A DNA stretch of 64,000 bases from Eledone cirrhosa (GCA_964016885.1 OZ024749.1:1922001-1986000), one strand, 5' to 3'; shown: positions 14,545 through 29,949, counted from the first letter of the stretch. The notes: generated by a model not told the origin, from the letters alone. Translations and numbers: made by a program.

Positions 14545-17141
14545 TATCGAGAGAGAGAAAAAAAAGGAGGGATAGGTGATACATGTAGTTATTTGCCAAA
14601 TAGCGTATGCCGAAGGTGCTCAATACTAGTGCCGGCAGTATTAAATATTATAAGTGTTAATATTTAGTGGGTGAGAGAGTTAGCAGAGCGTAAGCACGTG
14701 GAAAAGTAAGAAATCGGAGAACAGACCGTAACTCATATAAGCTAAATCTAACACTAGCCTCACTAAAAAAGAAATAGACATAGTTCTAGCGGCGCGTAGA
14801 ACCATTATCCACTTCGAAGGCTCCCACTGGACCAGAACCAACCGTCCTGATAACTTCGATATCACGACCGGGTCCAGCGACTCAGCGCAAGCAACTGACC
14901 TGGTCGGAATATACCTCCTCTATAAGCTTAGGGACGAGATACCGGCCCTACAAGGAGGTGTATATAGGGACAACGCCCTGTTTACCGTTAGGAACCATAG
15001 CCTTCGTAGGATAGAAAACCTTAATAAGCATATACACAGGTTCTTCAAGTCATACTGCCTATCCGTAACTATAGACCTCAACCACCAGGTTGTCAACGTC
15101 CTGGACGTGACACTGGAGTTGAGTACGGGCCTATACAAGCCATACCATAAGCCTGGAGAGAGCCTTTCTTATATTAATTATGCCCCAACCACCCTAAGCA
15201 CACTCTCAACTCCATAGTCTATAGTATCTCACATATAATCTCGAGGCTCTCCGCCAATGAGAATATCTTAAACCAAGCGGCAGATTACTACAATAGGGCC
15301 TTGATAAGCGCTGGCTTTAACCCAGGAATTTCCTACATCCCTAACGCTAGCTCCAGAACCCCCCCCCCTCATAAGATGAACGTTATAGTAAGCCATGACC
15401 ATAACTATAACCGATCACGCGGCGATTTCGTAAGAGTCGGATATAATAGTATAGATAATCGCACTAAGGAACACGGCCGCAACGTTACTTACACTGGCGA
15501 TGGTATAGGTAACTTAGCACACAATAAAGACCACGACCCCGGTGACAGTGACCACTGTAGCCTACTCGAATTATTCCCCTACTATAAAATCAACAAAGGC
15601 GACGGCCTACTATCAACGCCTTCCAACCAACATCTTCCTGTACATAAACATAGAAGAAGGAAGATGAGTGCACCCGAGCATAAAGTGAAAGGGGCACGTA
15701 ACGGGCTACAGCGCATTAACATGCATAAGAACGGTCACCTAGATGGAACCACCCGTAGCAAACGTACAAGGACGCCTAATCGCCACCGTAACGTCCTATG
15801 GTTCCACCCCCACCTACTCTCGGAGTGTGGCCTCCAACATACCCCGGATATTCTTCGAAGACTTAGAGAAGAACTTCTCGCCCAACCATAGGTACAGAAA
15901 AATCCTTAATAGGAACAATATAAAAATATCCTTCTCTACTACTCCTAACCTAGCAGACATCATAGGAACAACGAACCACAGTAAGATCACCAAGACACAG
16001 CACCTTAGCACAGACGGACCTACACCTGACAATAACTATATCGGCCTTAACGACTCCCTAGCAGCATCCAATAGTGCTGGCAACAGCCTCTACAGACGCA
16101 ACCAGCATAACCGCGACATGACTGGGGAACATGCAGGACATGACGTGCGGAATAATAATCGTACCCCCCCTCCACCTCCGCGCACTGTGGGTTAGAATGG
16201 TGCTAACGACAGGTGCGGGAGCGTAGATAACAACGTAGATAGCAATAATGATAGCCTTACCGTGGGAATTAGAAGAAACCGCGATCGAAATTGCAACTGC
16301 CGCGACAGGGGACGCTGCCCCCTTAGAGGATACTGCTTGACTGATAGGGTTATATATAGGTGCACTGTAACTATCCACACTAGCGTTAAACATTATATAG
16401 GGGCTACCTCTAGCTCGTTCAAAATTAGATTTCGAACATCTCCACTCTTTCACAAATTAGAAATTAAGACACTCCACTTCGCTCACGGACTACATCACAT
16501 CATTAAAAGACTTAAACATCAGCTTCTCCACGCACTGGGATATTGTCGGCAGGGCTGCACTGTACAACTTCAAGAGGAAGTGCGATCTTTGCCTCATGGA
16601 GCTCTACCACATCATAACTGCACCCCACGAGCTCATCAACAGCAGAGCTGAAACGACGATAAGCTGCACACGTGGCTTAAAAATATCCTTCTTCAGATGG
16701 GATAAGGATGAGGAGTGAAACCGCGTACCGGGTCTCCCTGCAACAAGCTTTAACACCCCGGCGGGCAAGCGCTGCAAAAAAACATCCAGGAAACTGACTA
16801 TGCATCCCAGACCCAGCTTCAAATGACCCAGGCGGGCAGGTGCAAAAAATAAACGTCTCAAAATAAGCGTTGATTACCTGACCCTGTGCGTATCCACAAT
16901 GGTAAGGTCGTAACCACATCTTGTAACGGATAAAAAATTTGTCCGGGAAAGACTGCCCTAACACCGGCCAGAGTTACCTCCCTTGACCTCCTGCAAAATC
17001 AAAACACGCTTTTTTTGCGAAGAATGAACACTTTTGGTTATTTATGCCCTTGAGAAGCCCAACTGGGCGAAACGTACGTAGGTGCTGTTTTAAATAAACA
17101 TGTATTAACGGTCTGTTCGCCGATTTCTTACTTTTCCACGT
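14545..17141 (+). mobile_element. 5'-truncated Penelope-like element, Naiad-type (RT and GIY-YIG), with inverted 5' tail
   Basis: RT: NFDITTGSSDSAQATDLVGIYLL, GVYRDNAL, VNVLDVTLELSTGLYKPYHKP, RNVLWFHP. Endonuclease: CNCRDRGRCPLRGYC..VIYRC..YIGAT, KCDLCLME. Frameshifted, stop at 16716-16718. 14696-14729 is the reverse complement of 17108-17141. Confidence 0.88.
17046..17085 (+). ncRNA. Minimal type I hammerhead, U3-A8 core variant, in PLE 3' tail
   Basis: gccc-TTGAGAA-GCCCA ac TGGGC-GAAA-CGTACG-TA-ggtgc. Confidence 0.7.
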
Positions 17142-17151
17142 ATATATATAC

Positions 17152-17225
<74 letters not shown>

Positions 17226-17702
17226 ATATACATATATATGGATCAAATGGAATTTCATTGCTCACTCTTAGTACGGCTGATACTTAAATGTAAGTATGTA
17301 TACGTACATACATATATGTATGAAGACGTACAGTAGTATGTATATATATACATACATGCACACATATATATATGTACGTATGGGTTTACAGAACATTTAT
17401 TATAATGTTCGGTTTGTTTGTAAGCCGTACAGTGTTCCCAACCATGGTTGCCCTTTTTTTAAACACTGACAAAGGAACGATGAACTAGTTTCTAGCTTAC
17501 TAGCTGTCATCAGCACCGTATACCCTCCTGCCAGTCTGTTGAACGGTTGAAAATATATAGTATTTAATTAAGTACACATCAGCTAAGTAGCCTCATTTGT
17601 ATATCGAACGAGTTACGGCCGGACTTGCCGAATATTAAAAATAAAATTAGAGTTTTACTTCTCGCTCTAATACAGCTGATACATAAATGTTAGTATGCAT
17701 AT

Positions 17703-17788
<86 letters not shown>

Positions 17789-17892
17789 GCATATAAGCGA
17801 TGTCAACATGAATGGACCTGTTTTTTTATCTAAAGACGTTTTCTCCAATTCCAACCTCCCCGTCCCTTTAATCTATATTATTTCTCATTCTT

Positions 17893-17928
17893 TCTTCTGA
17901 TGAAGGACTAGCGTCCGAAACGTTAAGA
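17893..17928 (+). ncRNA. Minimal type I hammerhead in a short repeat (about 17800-18020)
   Basis: tctt-CTGATGA-A-GGAC tagc GTCC-GAAACGTTA-aga, with a palindromic AACGTT helix III. Confidence 0.7.
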
Positions 17929-18027
17929 CCCTCTTCCTGCTATTTGATGCGTTAACCTAATATATACCTTCCATATACTGTACCGAGTGTGTTGTTATTT
18001 CTGTTTACCTTTTACATACACACACAT

Positions 18028-18117
<90 letters not shown>

Positions 18118-19904
18118 GTGTGACACACGAGTTGTGATATATTAGTAAAAAGGAAAAAAAAATGCTGATAAATTTTTCCCAGTGAAAAATAGTTTAATTA
18201 GGAATAAGTACAAATTAGTAATAAGTATTCGTTAGTATTCAGTTTTAGTTTTAAGTTTTTAACGGTTGCGCATTTCTAATGCTTTTCAAAAATAATTTTG
18301 AGATAGAATGCTCGTGATGTTTGCTCTAATCTGATCAGTTTGGGAGATTCTTCCTGTTTTATGTATTAAGATTTGGTTGGTTGTTGAATGTCACGTGAAT
18401 AAGCACTATAGATTTCGCGCCAATTCGTGTTGCAAAAATTCTTGTAGTCTTTTTACTAATATATATATATGTATATATACATACACATATATGCGTATAC
18501 ATTTGTACGCTTTATAAAAGCTGAGGCAATATTGTTAAACCTTCAACTGATACTTTGACTTATTGTTTAAACCGGTTCTAGATTTTTCTCTCCCTCTTTA
18601 TATAGATGGCCATCATTTTTTGTTTAGCTTCATTTCATAATTTTCCCCAAACCAGTCTCTCTTTTCACCCCCATGTTAACGTTATTTCTCGCCACATCTC
18701 GTTTTTAATCGTCAGCCATATTGTGGTTTGGAGAATCAAAACCGATGGTTTATCCTGAAACTAATAGCCACCAACAAAACAATGAAATAATTGCATTCAT
18801 ATGTATATATACGTACATACATACATATATAAATACATATTTATATACATATATAAATACATTCATACATGTATACATACATATATGCACAAATACATAT
18901 TTATATATATATAAATACATACATACATAAATACATACATACATACATATATATATATACGCACATACATACATATATATACACATACATACAAACAAAT
19001 ATGCATACATACATATATACATACATATATATACACACACACATACACACACATATATACATATACATACAATCATATATACATCATACATATATAGATA
19101 CAAACAAACAAATATACAAATATACATACATAGTAACAAACGATCATACATACATACATACACATATATATACATACATATATATACATACAACTATACA
19201 AACATGCATACATATATATATACATACATACATACGCACACACATATATATATATATACATACAACCAGACAAACATACATACATACAAACAATCAAATA
19301 TACTAATATACATACATAGATACTAACATACATATATACGCAGACATATATATATATACGGGGCGGGGTGTTTATATAATGTATTGAAATTGAGTTCTGA
19401 GATTCTGTGAGACATTGTGCCCAAAAGAAACAGCATGACCTCCTCCTCCTCCACTAACCCCCCAACGACCCCCACCCCCACCCCGACCGCCCCTCATCCC
19501 TCTCCTCGACCCCTCCCCCTCTTATCGCCCACCTCTCACCCATCACCACCCACCCCTCTCCTCGACCCCCTCACCCCCTCCTCGACCATCTCCCACCCTC
19601 CCCTCTACCCCCTCACACCATCCCTCATAACCTCCCACCCTCCTCGACCACCCCTCAACCTGCTCCTCGACCCCCTCATCCCTCTCTTCATCTGTATTAC
19701 TGTTTAGTTTTTGTTGTTTAGATTATATAAATAAGATAATATTGATCAGATACTGCCTACTATTTACGTAATAATCATTAAACTTCGCCATTTCACCTAG
19801 ATTGATCGAACTGATAATATTTTAACGTTGACCCCCATTACATATATAACAATATATAAACACACACACACACACACACACATCTCTACTTACGCACTAA
19901 TACA

Positions 19905-19968
<64 letters not shown>

Positions 19969-20154
19969 TTTATATATATATATATTTATATATATATATA
20001 GGTTTATATATATATATATATATATAAGTCTACGTACATTACATGTCCTCTATAAATAATTATGTATGTACAAATATACATATGTATGATACATATAAAT
20101 ATACACATATATACATGCGTACACACACAATCACACGTATACACACACACACGC

Positions 20155-20207
<53 letters not shown>

Positions 20208-20619
20208 GCTAACATTAGTGATGTATATCTCAGTATCTATTCTAGAGAAATTATTTATTTCCGTGTTTATTGTGTAGATAACAATATCTTTAAGTCTAAT
20301 GTTTCCCTATAAATAAATATATTTATTCTTTTTTATTTTCGGTTTCTCTTTGCGCTGGATAAAATGGCTTCTTCTTTATAACCGTTTATTACATATTTTT
20401 GTTGAATAATATTCATTTTGCGTTGTATATTTACTGTTTAATCTCTGTTAGCCTCGTGGATTGGTTGAATCATTATTTAGAATGATAGCTAAATTTCGGT
20501 TCTTTACAATCTATGTTGAAACTGCTTTGACCTTTGACAATTGGAGGAGATAAAATGCTCAAAGACTGAGACACTCACCCCCTCAAGAAAGCCCAAACAG
20601 TGCAATTTTCATGTAGGTG

Positions 20620-21165
20620 GATTTCTACTGAAGCATATGGAGAAGTTCAAGTATCTCGGGACTGTGTCCACGAGCGATCAAATGTAGTAGGTCGAACTGA
20701 AGGCAGGAATTGTTGGAAGTTGTCATAAGAAGAAAGGCGATAGGTGTAAAATCCAAACTTGCTATCGTCAATTTGGTGTTCGTGACTAACCTTACCTATG
20801 GACATGAATCTTGGGTCATCACCGAAAGAATACTAACGTGAATACATGCGGCCGAAATGAGATTCCTTAGAATGCTTTTTTGAACAACCTTATTAGATAG
20901 AGTACGTAGATCGGAGATGAAAGAGTTGCTCCAGGTAGAGCCGCTACTTCTACGAATGGAGAGATCACATCTTCGATACAACAGACACGTGATTAGGATG
21001 ACTCAACAAAGAATCGCTGGAGAGATTTTACGGGAAAGGGCCCAAGGATAAACACCGAGCAAGATGGTTGAATAACATCCATAAGCCCAGTTAATTATCA
21101 ATCGAAGATATTTGCATCTAGAAGTGTTTGAGGACACTTCTCTCGCAACCCTCACGTGAATAAGT
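20620..21165 (+). mobile_element. RTE-clade LINE 3' fragment
   Basis: EKFKYLG, LTYGHESWVITERILT*IHAAEMRFLR, LLDRVRRSEMKELLQVEPLLLR; decayed. Confidence 0.8.
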
Positions 21166-21261
21166 GGACAAAAATAAAGTAGAAAAATAAGACAGAAAAG
21201 AAGAAAAAGAAGATCGATAAAATAAAATATCAGTGACGTATTGGTGTCGATATAATACAGC

Positions 21262-21545
21262 CGGCAATTGGCAGAGTCTGATAGAATGCTTTATCGTATT
21301 CGTTCTGGCTCTCTTAGTTCAAATCCCACCCAGGCCAACTTTGTCTTTCATCCTTTCAAGGTCGATATAAAAATACCTGCCTAGTACTGGGGCGTTTCTT
21401 TCTCTATATCTCTTTTTCCTTTCTTCTCTCTCATTTTCTATCTTTCACTGGAAGAAATCTGCTGTACTCCGGCCTGAGAAGGGAATCGCTCTGCCAGTTT
21501 TAAATTGTCCAAGAAACGCCGCATGTGAATACGGCGTCCCTGTGC
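21262..21545 (+). mobile_element. Nin-like tRNA SINE
   Basis: agttcaaatccc...aactttgtctttcatcctttcaaggtcgat, with the shared tail ccaagaaacgccgcatgt. Confidence 0.7.
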
Positions 21546-22139
21546 CTGTTAAAAACGAATATATCTCTCTCTCACCTACTCACTGCCATAGATCAATGTG
21601 GCCTCTCTGGCAAATATAATGTTTGGTGCTTGCAAATCATATTGATACCAAAGCTTTTCTGGCTCTACTGATATACGATATTAGCTCTAGTTTGGTGTAG
21701 GAGAATATCAACAATTACAGAAGAAGTGACATGGTGTCCTACCAGATGTCATTGATGTTGCACTCTACTACCGACAGTCGTCGGTTGGTGTATTACATCA
21801 TCTTAATTCACTTATATGTGTTTCACTCATAAAGATAGCTGCTATATAGTAGCTCAATGGTGTGTAGCATTTTAAACAATATGGAAGAGATTGTCAGTCA
21901 GCAGTTAGTGCAGTGTTAACGTAGTTACTTTGTAACTAAAAGATACGGCGTTCAATACTTCGTAGGTGTTTGTGTCCAAGTATTTTGATTGTTTTTTTCT
22001 ACAATTATCTGCTGTTATCCATTATTATTGCAATAATTTACCACATTTAATAAGCTCATATTTTCAAATATTCAAGTTCCAGAGCTTTCATAATTCATAT
22101 GGTTTGTTTACATGCACATACTAACAGCAAGTTGTGTGC

Positions 22140-22175
<36 letters not shown>

Positions 22176-22184
22176 AGTGTGTTT

Positions 22185-22272
<88 letters not shown>

Positions 22273-23146
22273 TATAATATAAATATTCAGCTGACTGTCA
22301 ATACACATGACCAGAGCCTTGAGCTACATTTATGTCTCTAACGTGCAGCTCTTAGTGTCAAATAAAACTTCCATTAGATTTCTCTCTACTTAATAGATCG
22401 ATTGCTTTATATTTTGATGACTCAAATCTTGCTTCACCATTGATAAGGTACCACTCGAGCCCTGTCTCATTCTCGCTGCAGGTCTCAAATATATAATATA
22501 ATTGGAAAGCTTTGATCACAGGTCTCTCCACCAAAAGTAATTTATGCTAAACTACAATCGATTAAAAGCTCCGTTATCTACGAGAGTGAGAAAGAGAGAG
22601 ACGGGGTGATAAAGAGTGGGTGAGTAAGAGAGAGAAAAGGGAAGGGAGAGAGGGAAGTAAAGAGTAAGCAAAAACAGTGAAAGACTGATAGAGAGATAAA
22701 AAGTGAGTGTGTAAAAGAGGGAGAGAAAGAAAATGAGAATGAAAATTTCCAGAGAAATAATACGATGTAAACGATACTAACTGTAAGACGACGAAAGAAA
22801 CTTCGTCAAATGAATTTTAAAAAAAATAGTTGAGAAGAAAAACAAACAAAAAAATTGTTCGAAGAACAAAATAATGTTTTTTTTATTTTCGTTTGTGTTT
22901 AGTAAAAAGTAAAGGAAAGACATTGAAAGCAGAAATATTGGGCGCCAAATAGGTTTGAACGGAAATACAAAGAGCTTTAAGTAGAATCTAATATTGAAGA
23001 TTGAAAATATAAGAGAAAATGGTAATATAAAACTATCTGTCGGCGTATATGAACGAATATAAAAAAAAACATTTTTGAAAGTTGGGGAAAAGTAATGAAG
23101 GGACAAATGATAAGAAGTGGTAATAAGGGAAATGTACACTTGTTTG

Positions 23147-23153
<7 letters not shown>

Positions 23154-23208
<55 letters not shown>

Positions 23209-24073
23209 TATATGCTAAACTACAATCGTATATATATATATATATATATATGCTAAACTACAATCTTATATATATACATATATATACATATATATATACA
23301 TATATATATATACACACATATATATATACATATATGTATATATACTGTATATACATATGTATACATATATATATATATATATATGTCTAGATATAAATAT
23401 ATATATATACACATATATATATATACCTATATGTCTAGATATATACATATATGTATATATATATATATATACATATATGTATATATATATACATATATGT
23501 ATATATATATATATACATATATGTATATATATATACATATATGTATATATATATATATACATATATGTATATATATATACATATATGTATATATATATAC
23601 ATATATGTATATATATATACATATATGTATATATATATATATATGTATATATATATACATATATGTATATATATATATATATGTATATATATATACATAT
23701 ATGTATATATATATATATATATACATATATGTATATATATATATATACATATATGTATATATATATATACATATATGTATACATATATGTATATATATAT
23801 ATACATATATGTATATGTATATATACATATATGTATATATACATATATGTATATGTATATATACATATATGTATATGTATATATACATATATATATATAT
23901 ACATATATGTATATATATATACATATATGTATATGTATATATACATATATATATATACATATATGTATATAAATATATACATATATGTATATATATATAT
24001 ACATATATGTATACATATGTGTATATGTATATATACATATATATATATACATTTATGTATATATATATATACA

Positions 24074-24110
<37 letters not shown>

Positions 24111-24270
24111 ATATATATATGTATATATATATATATATTTATATATATATGTATATATATATTTATATATATATGTATATATATATGTATATATATATAT
24201 GTATATATATATATACAGATATATATATTTACATACACATATACATACACACACACAAATATATATATAT
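23154..24270. repeat. (TA)n/TACATATATG microsatellite
   Basis: Direct reading. Confidence 0.95.
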
Positions 24271-24556
24271 TGATAGACAGAGAAGAGAGTTAGGTATGTG
24301 TGTGTATATATATATGCAGAGAGAGAGAGAGAGAAAGAGAGAGAGAGGGAAAGAGTGAGAGAGTGTGAGAGAGAGAGAGGGAAATAGTGAGAGAGTGTGA
24401 GAGAGAGAGTTAGAGAGAGGGAGAGAGAGAGAGTTAGTATCTCTCTATACATATACACATTCACACCAATTTATTTGTCTTCACTGCAGGTATTCAAATG
24501 TCTTGTATTTTTCTGTATATATTGACCGTGTGGCAAATACCGTGTCATACTGGCGC

Positions 24557-25560
24557 CACCACCATCATATACACATATACACGCTGGCAAACACCATCAT
24601 ATACACATATACACGCTGGCAAACACCATCATATACACATATACACGCTGGCAAACAGCATCATATACACATATACACGCTGGCAAACACCATCATATAC
24701 ACTTATACACACTGGCAAACAGCATCATACACACTTATACACGCTGGCAAACACCATCATATACACATACACGCTGGCAAAGAGCATCATATACACATAC
24801 ACGCTGGCAAACACCATCATATACACTTATACACGCTGGCAAACACCATCATATACACTTATACACGCTGGCAAACAGCATCATACACACTTATACACGC
24901 TGGCAAACACCATCATATACACCTATACACGCTGGCAAAGACCATCATATACACTTATACACACTGGCAAACAGCATCATACACACTTATACACGCTGGC
25001 AAACACCATCATATACACATACACGCTGGCAAACAGCATCATATACACCTATACACGCTGGCAAAGACCATCATATACACTTATACACGCTGGCAAACAG
25101 CATCATATACACTTATACACCCTGGCAAACACCATCATATACACTTATACACGCTGGCAAACACCATCATATACACTTATACACGCTGGCAAACACCATC
25201 ATATACACTTATACACGCTGGCAAACAGCATCATATACACATATACACGCTAGCAAACAGCATCATATACACATATACACGCTGGCAAACACCATCATAT
25301 ACACATACACGCTGGCAAAGAGCATCATATACACCTATACACGCTGGCAAACAGCATCATATACACTTATACACGCTGGCAAACACCATCATATACACGT
25401 ATACACGCTGGCAAACACCATCATATACACTTATACACGCTGGCAAACACCATCATATACACATATACACGCTGGCAAACAGCATCATACACACTTATAC
25501 ATGCTGGCAAACAGCATCATATACATTTAAACACATGGCAAACCGCATCATACACGCTGA
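24557..25560. repeat. Minisatellite, 30-32 bp unit acgctggcaaacaccatcatatacacttatac
   Basis: About 30 tandem copies with alternating variants. Confidence 0.95.
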
Positions 25561-26007
25561 CACACACACACTGATAGGTCCGTACCAGTACATACAGGCA
25601 CACACACTGACGCATTCATGCGTCATACATGGGCTTTTACCTATAATAAAACGCCGCCATTGAGGAAGGCAACTAGTTTGAGAATGGAAAATGGAAGACC
25701 AACATTTTGTATATATGGAAGATAATTTAAGCGAAGACTCCTCGCATGAATTCAATTAAAAGGGAACAAACGTAACATAAATAACTTTGAAGAAATGAAA
25801 GGATTTCAATTAAGACATTCTTAGTGAGTTCTTGCGATAGTTATTCAACACTGAAGTGTCAGGTTATATCGAGTAGACGATCTGGAGTTGTCAGGCGCTC
25901 CTGGGCCGCCCCGACGGACGGGTGACGGCTGTTTCTCTTATTGGATCATGCATTGGAAATAGTAATAGTGGTAAGAATCGTGTCTACTTGAGGCACAAGG
26001 CCAGCTA

Positions 26008-26150
26008 TTTATCGGTGGCAACTCCAGGTAGAAGGAGCAACGTGAAATAAAGTGTCTTGCTCAAGGACATAAGGCAGCGGCCAGTCTAGGGATCGAACTC
26101 ATAAACTCACGATCACGAATCCAATTCTCTAATCACTCAGCCACGCACCT
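26008..26150 (-). mobile_element. CORE-type SINE 5' part
   Basis: Minus strand: ggtgcgtggctgagtgattag..gagttcgatcc..tgtccttgagcaagacacttta. Confidence 0.75.
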
Positions 26151-26159
26151 TCACACACA

Positions 26160-26470
26160 CATATATGTATATTATATATATATATCCATATATATATATG
26201 CATGTATTCATACATACATATATATATACAAGTACACATATACATATACACTCATACATATACACACACATATATATATATATATATACATATATATACA
26301 CACATATATATATACACACTTACATATACACACATATATATATATATACATATATATATGTATATATATATATATACATATATATATATACATATATACA
26401 TATATATATATATGTATATACATATATATATATACATATATACATATATATATATACATATATACATATA

Positions 26471-26502
<32 letters not shown>

Positions 26503-27039
26503 CATATATACATATATATACATATATATACATATACATATATATATATATTGTTATACTTGTATATATGTATATATATATATACATATATACATATATA
26601 TACATATATATACATATATATACATATATATACATATACATATATATACATATATATACATATATATACATATACATATATATACATATATACATATATA
26701 TATACATATATATACATATATACATATATATATACATATATATACATATATACATATATATATACATATATATACATATATACATATATATATACATATA
26801 TGTATATGCATATATATATATATACATACATACACAAATAAACATACATACATACATATACATATATATACATATATACATATATATATACATATATGTA
26901 TATGCATATATATATATATACATACATACACAAATAAACATACATACATACATATACATATATATACATATATACATATATATATACATATATGTATATA
27001 CATATATATATATATACATACATACACAAATAAACATAC

Positions 27040-27089
<50 letters not shown>

Positions 27090-27100
27090 ATGTATGTGTG
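26160..27100. repeat. (TA)n/(TACA)n microsatellite
   Basis: Direct reading. Confidence 0.95.
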
Positions 27101-27245
27101 TTAAGTATTTCCGAAGATAAAGCAAAGGAAAAAAGAGAGCTATTTAATTAGAAAGTGAACACAATATATAACTGCTCCATTACCAAAGGTTCCGGGACCC
27201 TTGACATTATTAACATATGTCTAGTTCGTTCATCAGAGAGGGGTG

Positions 27246-27342
<97 letters not shown>

Positions 27343-27902
27343 GAGAGAGAGAAAGAGAGATAAGTTTATTTACTAAAAGATTAACATGACACCCTACATG
27401 TATCTCCTGACGATGATTGAACCCCAGACCGGGATCTCCACCGTCTCTAATACCTCTCACTAGACCACCGAGACATATATGTGCGTGTGCGTGTATGTGT
27501 GTGTGTGTGCGCGCGCGCACTTATTTACCTTTCATCCTGGAGAAATCGATAAAACATTGTACTCAGATCGATTTAACCCAGTTGTCACTACCTTTCCCAA
27601 ATCTGTGGTTTCTGTATCTTCTATAGATACAAATGTTAGGTGTGCCTTGTTTGGTAGAACCAGCGTGGTTGTTAGTTATGTCCCTTTGAGTTCCGAGTTC
27701 GAAACTCTCTTTGAGCCTCGTTTGTTTTGTCCTTTCGTGGTTGATAAAATAAGGATCAATTACCTAATTGGGTCAATAGATTAAAGTAGCCCCGTTGCTA
27801 AAAGGACCCCTGTTATAAGAAATATGAACATACATAAATACACACATACGCGCGCACACACACACACACGTATATATATGCATATATACATACATCTATA
27901 TC

Positions 27903-27961
<59 letters not shown>

Positions 27962-28322
27962 ATATGCATACATATATATTTATATACACATGCGTCGTGA
28001 AATAAAATGCGACATAAAACGCAATATAATTAATTATAGGCATAATACATACATACACACATGCGAATTTCTCTCTCTATATATATACATATATATACTT
28101 ACATATACATATATACATACATATATACATTATATATACATGCATATATATACATTCATATATATACATACACCTATATGCATACACATATATATATATA
28201 CACGCACACATATATACATACACATATATATATACATATACACACACATATATACATAAACACACATATATATACACACACACATATATATATATACATA
28301 CACACATATACACATACACAAT

Positions 28323-28357
<35 letters not shown>

Positions 28358-28749
28358 CCAAAATACACACATGCAACTATATATAGATAGGAAATAGTGC
28401 CAGAAACACGCATGTGTATATATGTATGACAGTGAATCCATCCCTACGAACGGACAGACAACAGAACGAAGTAATGTTACGTTTGTTTGGAATAAAATCC
28501 TTTAGAAATGAAAGTTGCTGAAATGAATTTGGCATAACTGACATCTTCAGAGAAATTCTATAAAGTTATAAACTTGCGTTCTTTCCGACATTGAAATGAA
28601 GGTTTTCTTTTGATTGATGCCGACGTAAAATCAATTGATTTCTTTCAAGGAAATAAAACGAAACTTCAAACCTTTCAGTGCATCGATTTTCTTGGAAATG
28701 TTCCATGTTAAAGCGAAAAATGGGAATTAGTAAAACTTATAAAACAGGG

Positions 28750-28950
28750 AAAACATTAGGTCGAGAAAAGAGCAGGAATTAACTAACAACACAACATTAG
28801 GTCGAGAAAGGGGCAGGAATTAACTAACAACAAAACATTAGGTCGAGAAAGGGGCAGAAATTAACTAACAACAAAACATTAGGTCGAGAAAGGGGCAGGA
28901 ATTAACTAACAACAAAACATTAGGTCGAGAAAGGGGCAGGAGTTAACTAA
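28750..28950. repeat. Minisatellite, 41-bp unit, about 5 copies
   Basis: cattaggtcgag recurs at 28754, 28795, 28836, 28877 and 28918. Confidence 0.92.
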
Positions 28951-29812
28951 CCTTCTCTGTTCAAAGAACAAAGGTTTCCTTTTTGAAGTTTATTTTTACT
29001 TAAGAGGTTGATTGCATACATAATATATACATACACACACATATATATATAAATAAATATATATATATATATACACATGCATATATATATATAGATATAT
29101 AAATACATATATACATACACGCACACACATACATACATATATATATACATAGATACATACATACGCACACATCCATATACATATATACATACACACACAC
29201 ATATATACATACACACACACACATATATATACACACACATATATATATACATACACACACATATACACATACATACATACATATACACACATATACACAT
29301 ACATACATACACACACATATACACATACATACACACACATATATACATATATATATACACACACGTATATACACATATATATATATTCCTATATATTAGT
29401 ATGTATGTAAAACTGGTAAAAGAAATCCACCACATACGTGTTTATACTTATGTATCTATATGTGTATATATCTTATTAATTTATCCTAACTCTCTTACGG
29501 TTGAGTAAAATTTAGGCGGAAACTGGCCTCTTCTTCTTGCAAATATGTTAGTCCCAACTGTCCACCCTCACCATCAATCTGTGACTGTTATACCACGTCA
29601 TAATTCTCCCGCCCGAAATTATTTACTGATAGCGATCAGTTCAGGAAATTGCCCTTTCATTGAGAGGCCCCTTGACAAGCCGATAACCTCAGGGCCCCTG
29701 TACACTTTAGGTGCTTTCTGGCAAAATACCAATCGGCGAAACTGAACAGCCGGGACTCTGAAGAAAAGATTAGGCATAATTATTTTTGCCAATATGCTCT
29801 TCACATTTATAA

Positions 29813-29849
<37 letters not shown>

Positions 29850-29888
29850 ATATTAAATAAATGGAAACTATATTTATAAAACCATATT

Positions 29889-29949
29889 TATTCTATTATA
29901 TATATATCAAGGGTACCAAAATTTTGGTACGCTATCATCAGATAAAATA
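29889..29949 (-). ncRNA. Hammerhead motif with GAAA>GATA lesion
   Basis: Minus strand: tattttat-CTGATGA-T-AGCGTACCAA aatt TTGGTACCCT-T-GATA-TATATA-TA-atagaata. Helix I resembles that of 39-109. Confidence 0.6.

Noticed and set aside
14726-16718. Active autonomous PLE
   Set aside because: 5'-truncated and frameshifted, and the catalytic YRDD reads YRDN.
16290-16720. Selenoprotein-type Naiad (UGA recoding)
   Set aside because: The conserved Cys positions I read (CNC, CPL, YC, CDLC, SC) are TGC codons, and I identified no SECIS.
24498-25663. CRISPR-like array or repeat protein
   Set aside because: Units are directly tandem with no unique spacers, there are no cas genes and the context is eukaryotic. 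The same applies to 28750-28950, 54360-55390 and 60445-61715.
29520-29815. Possible host exon
   Set aside because: No recognisable protein motif or convincing splice context in the frames examined.
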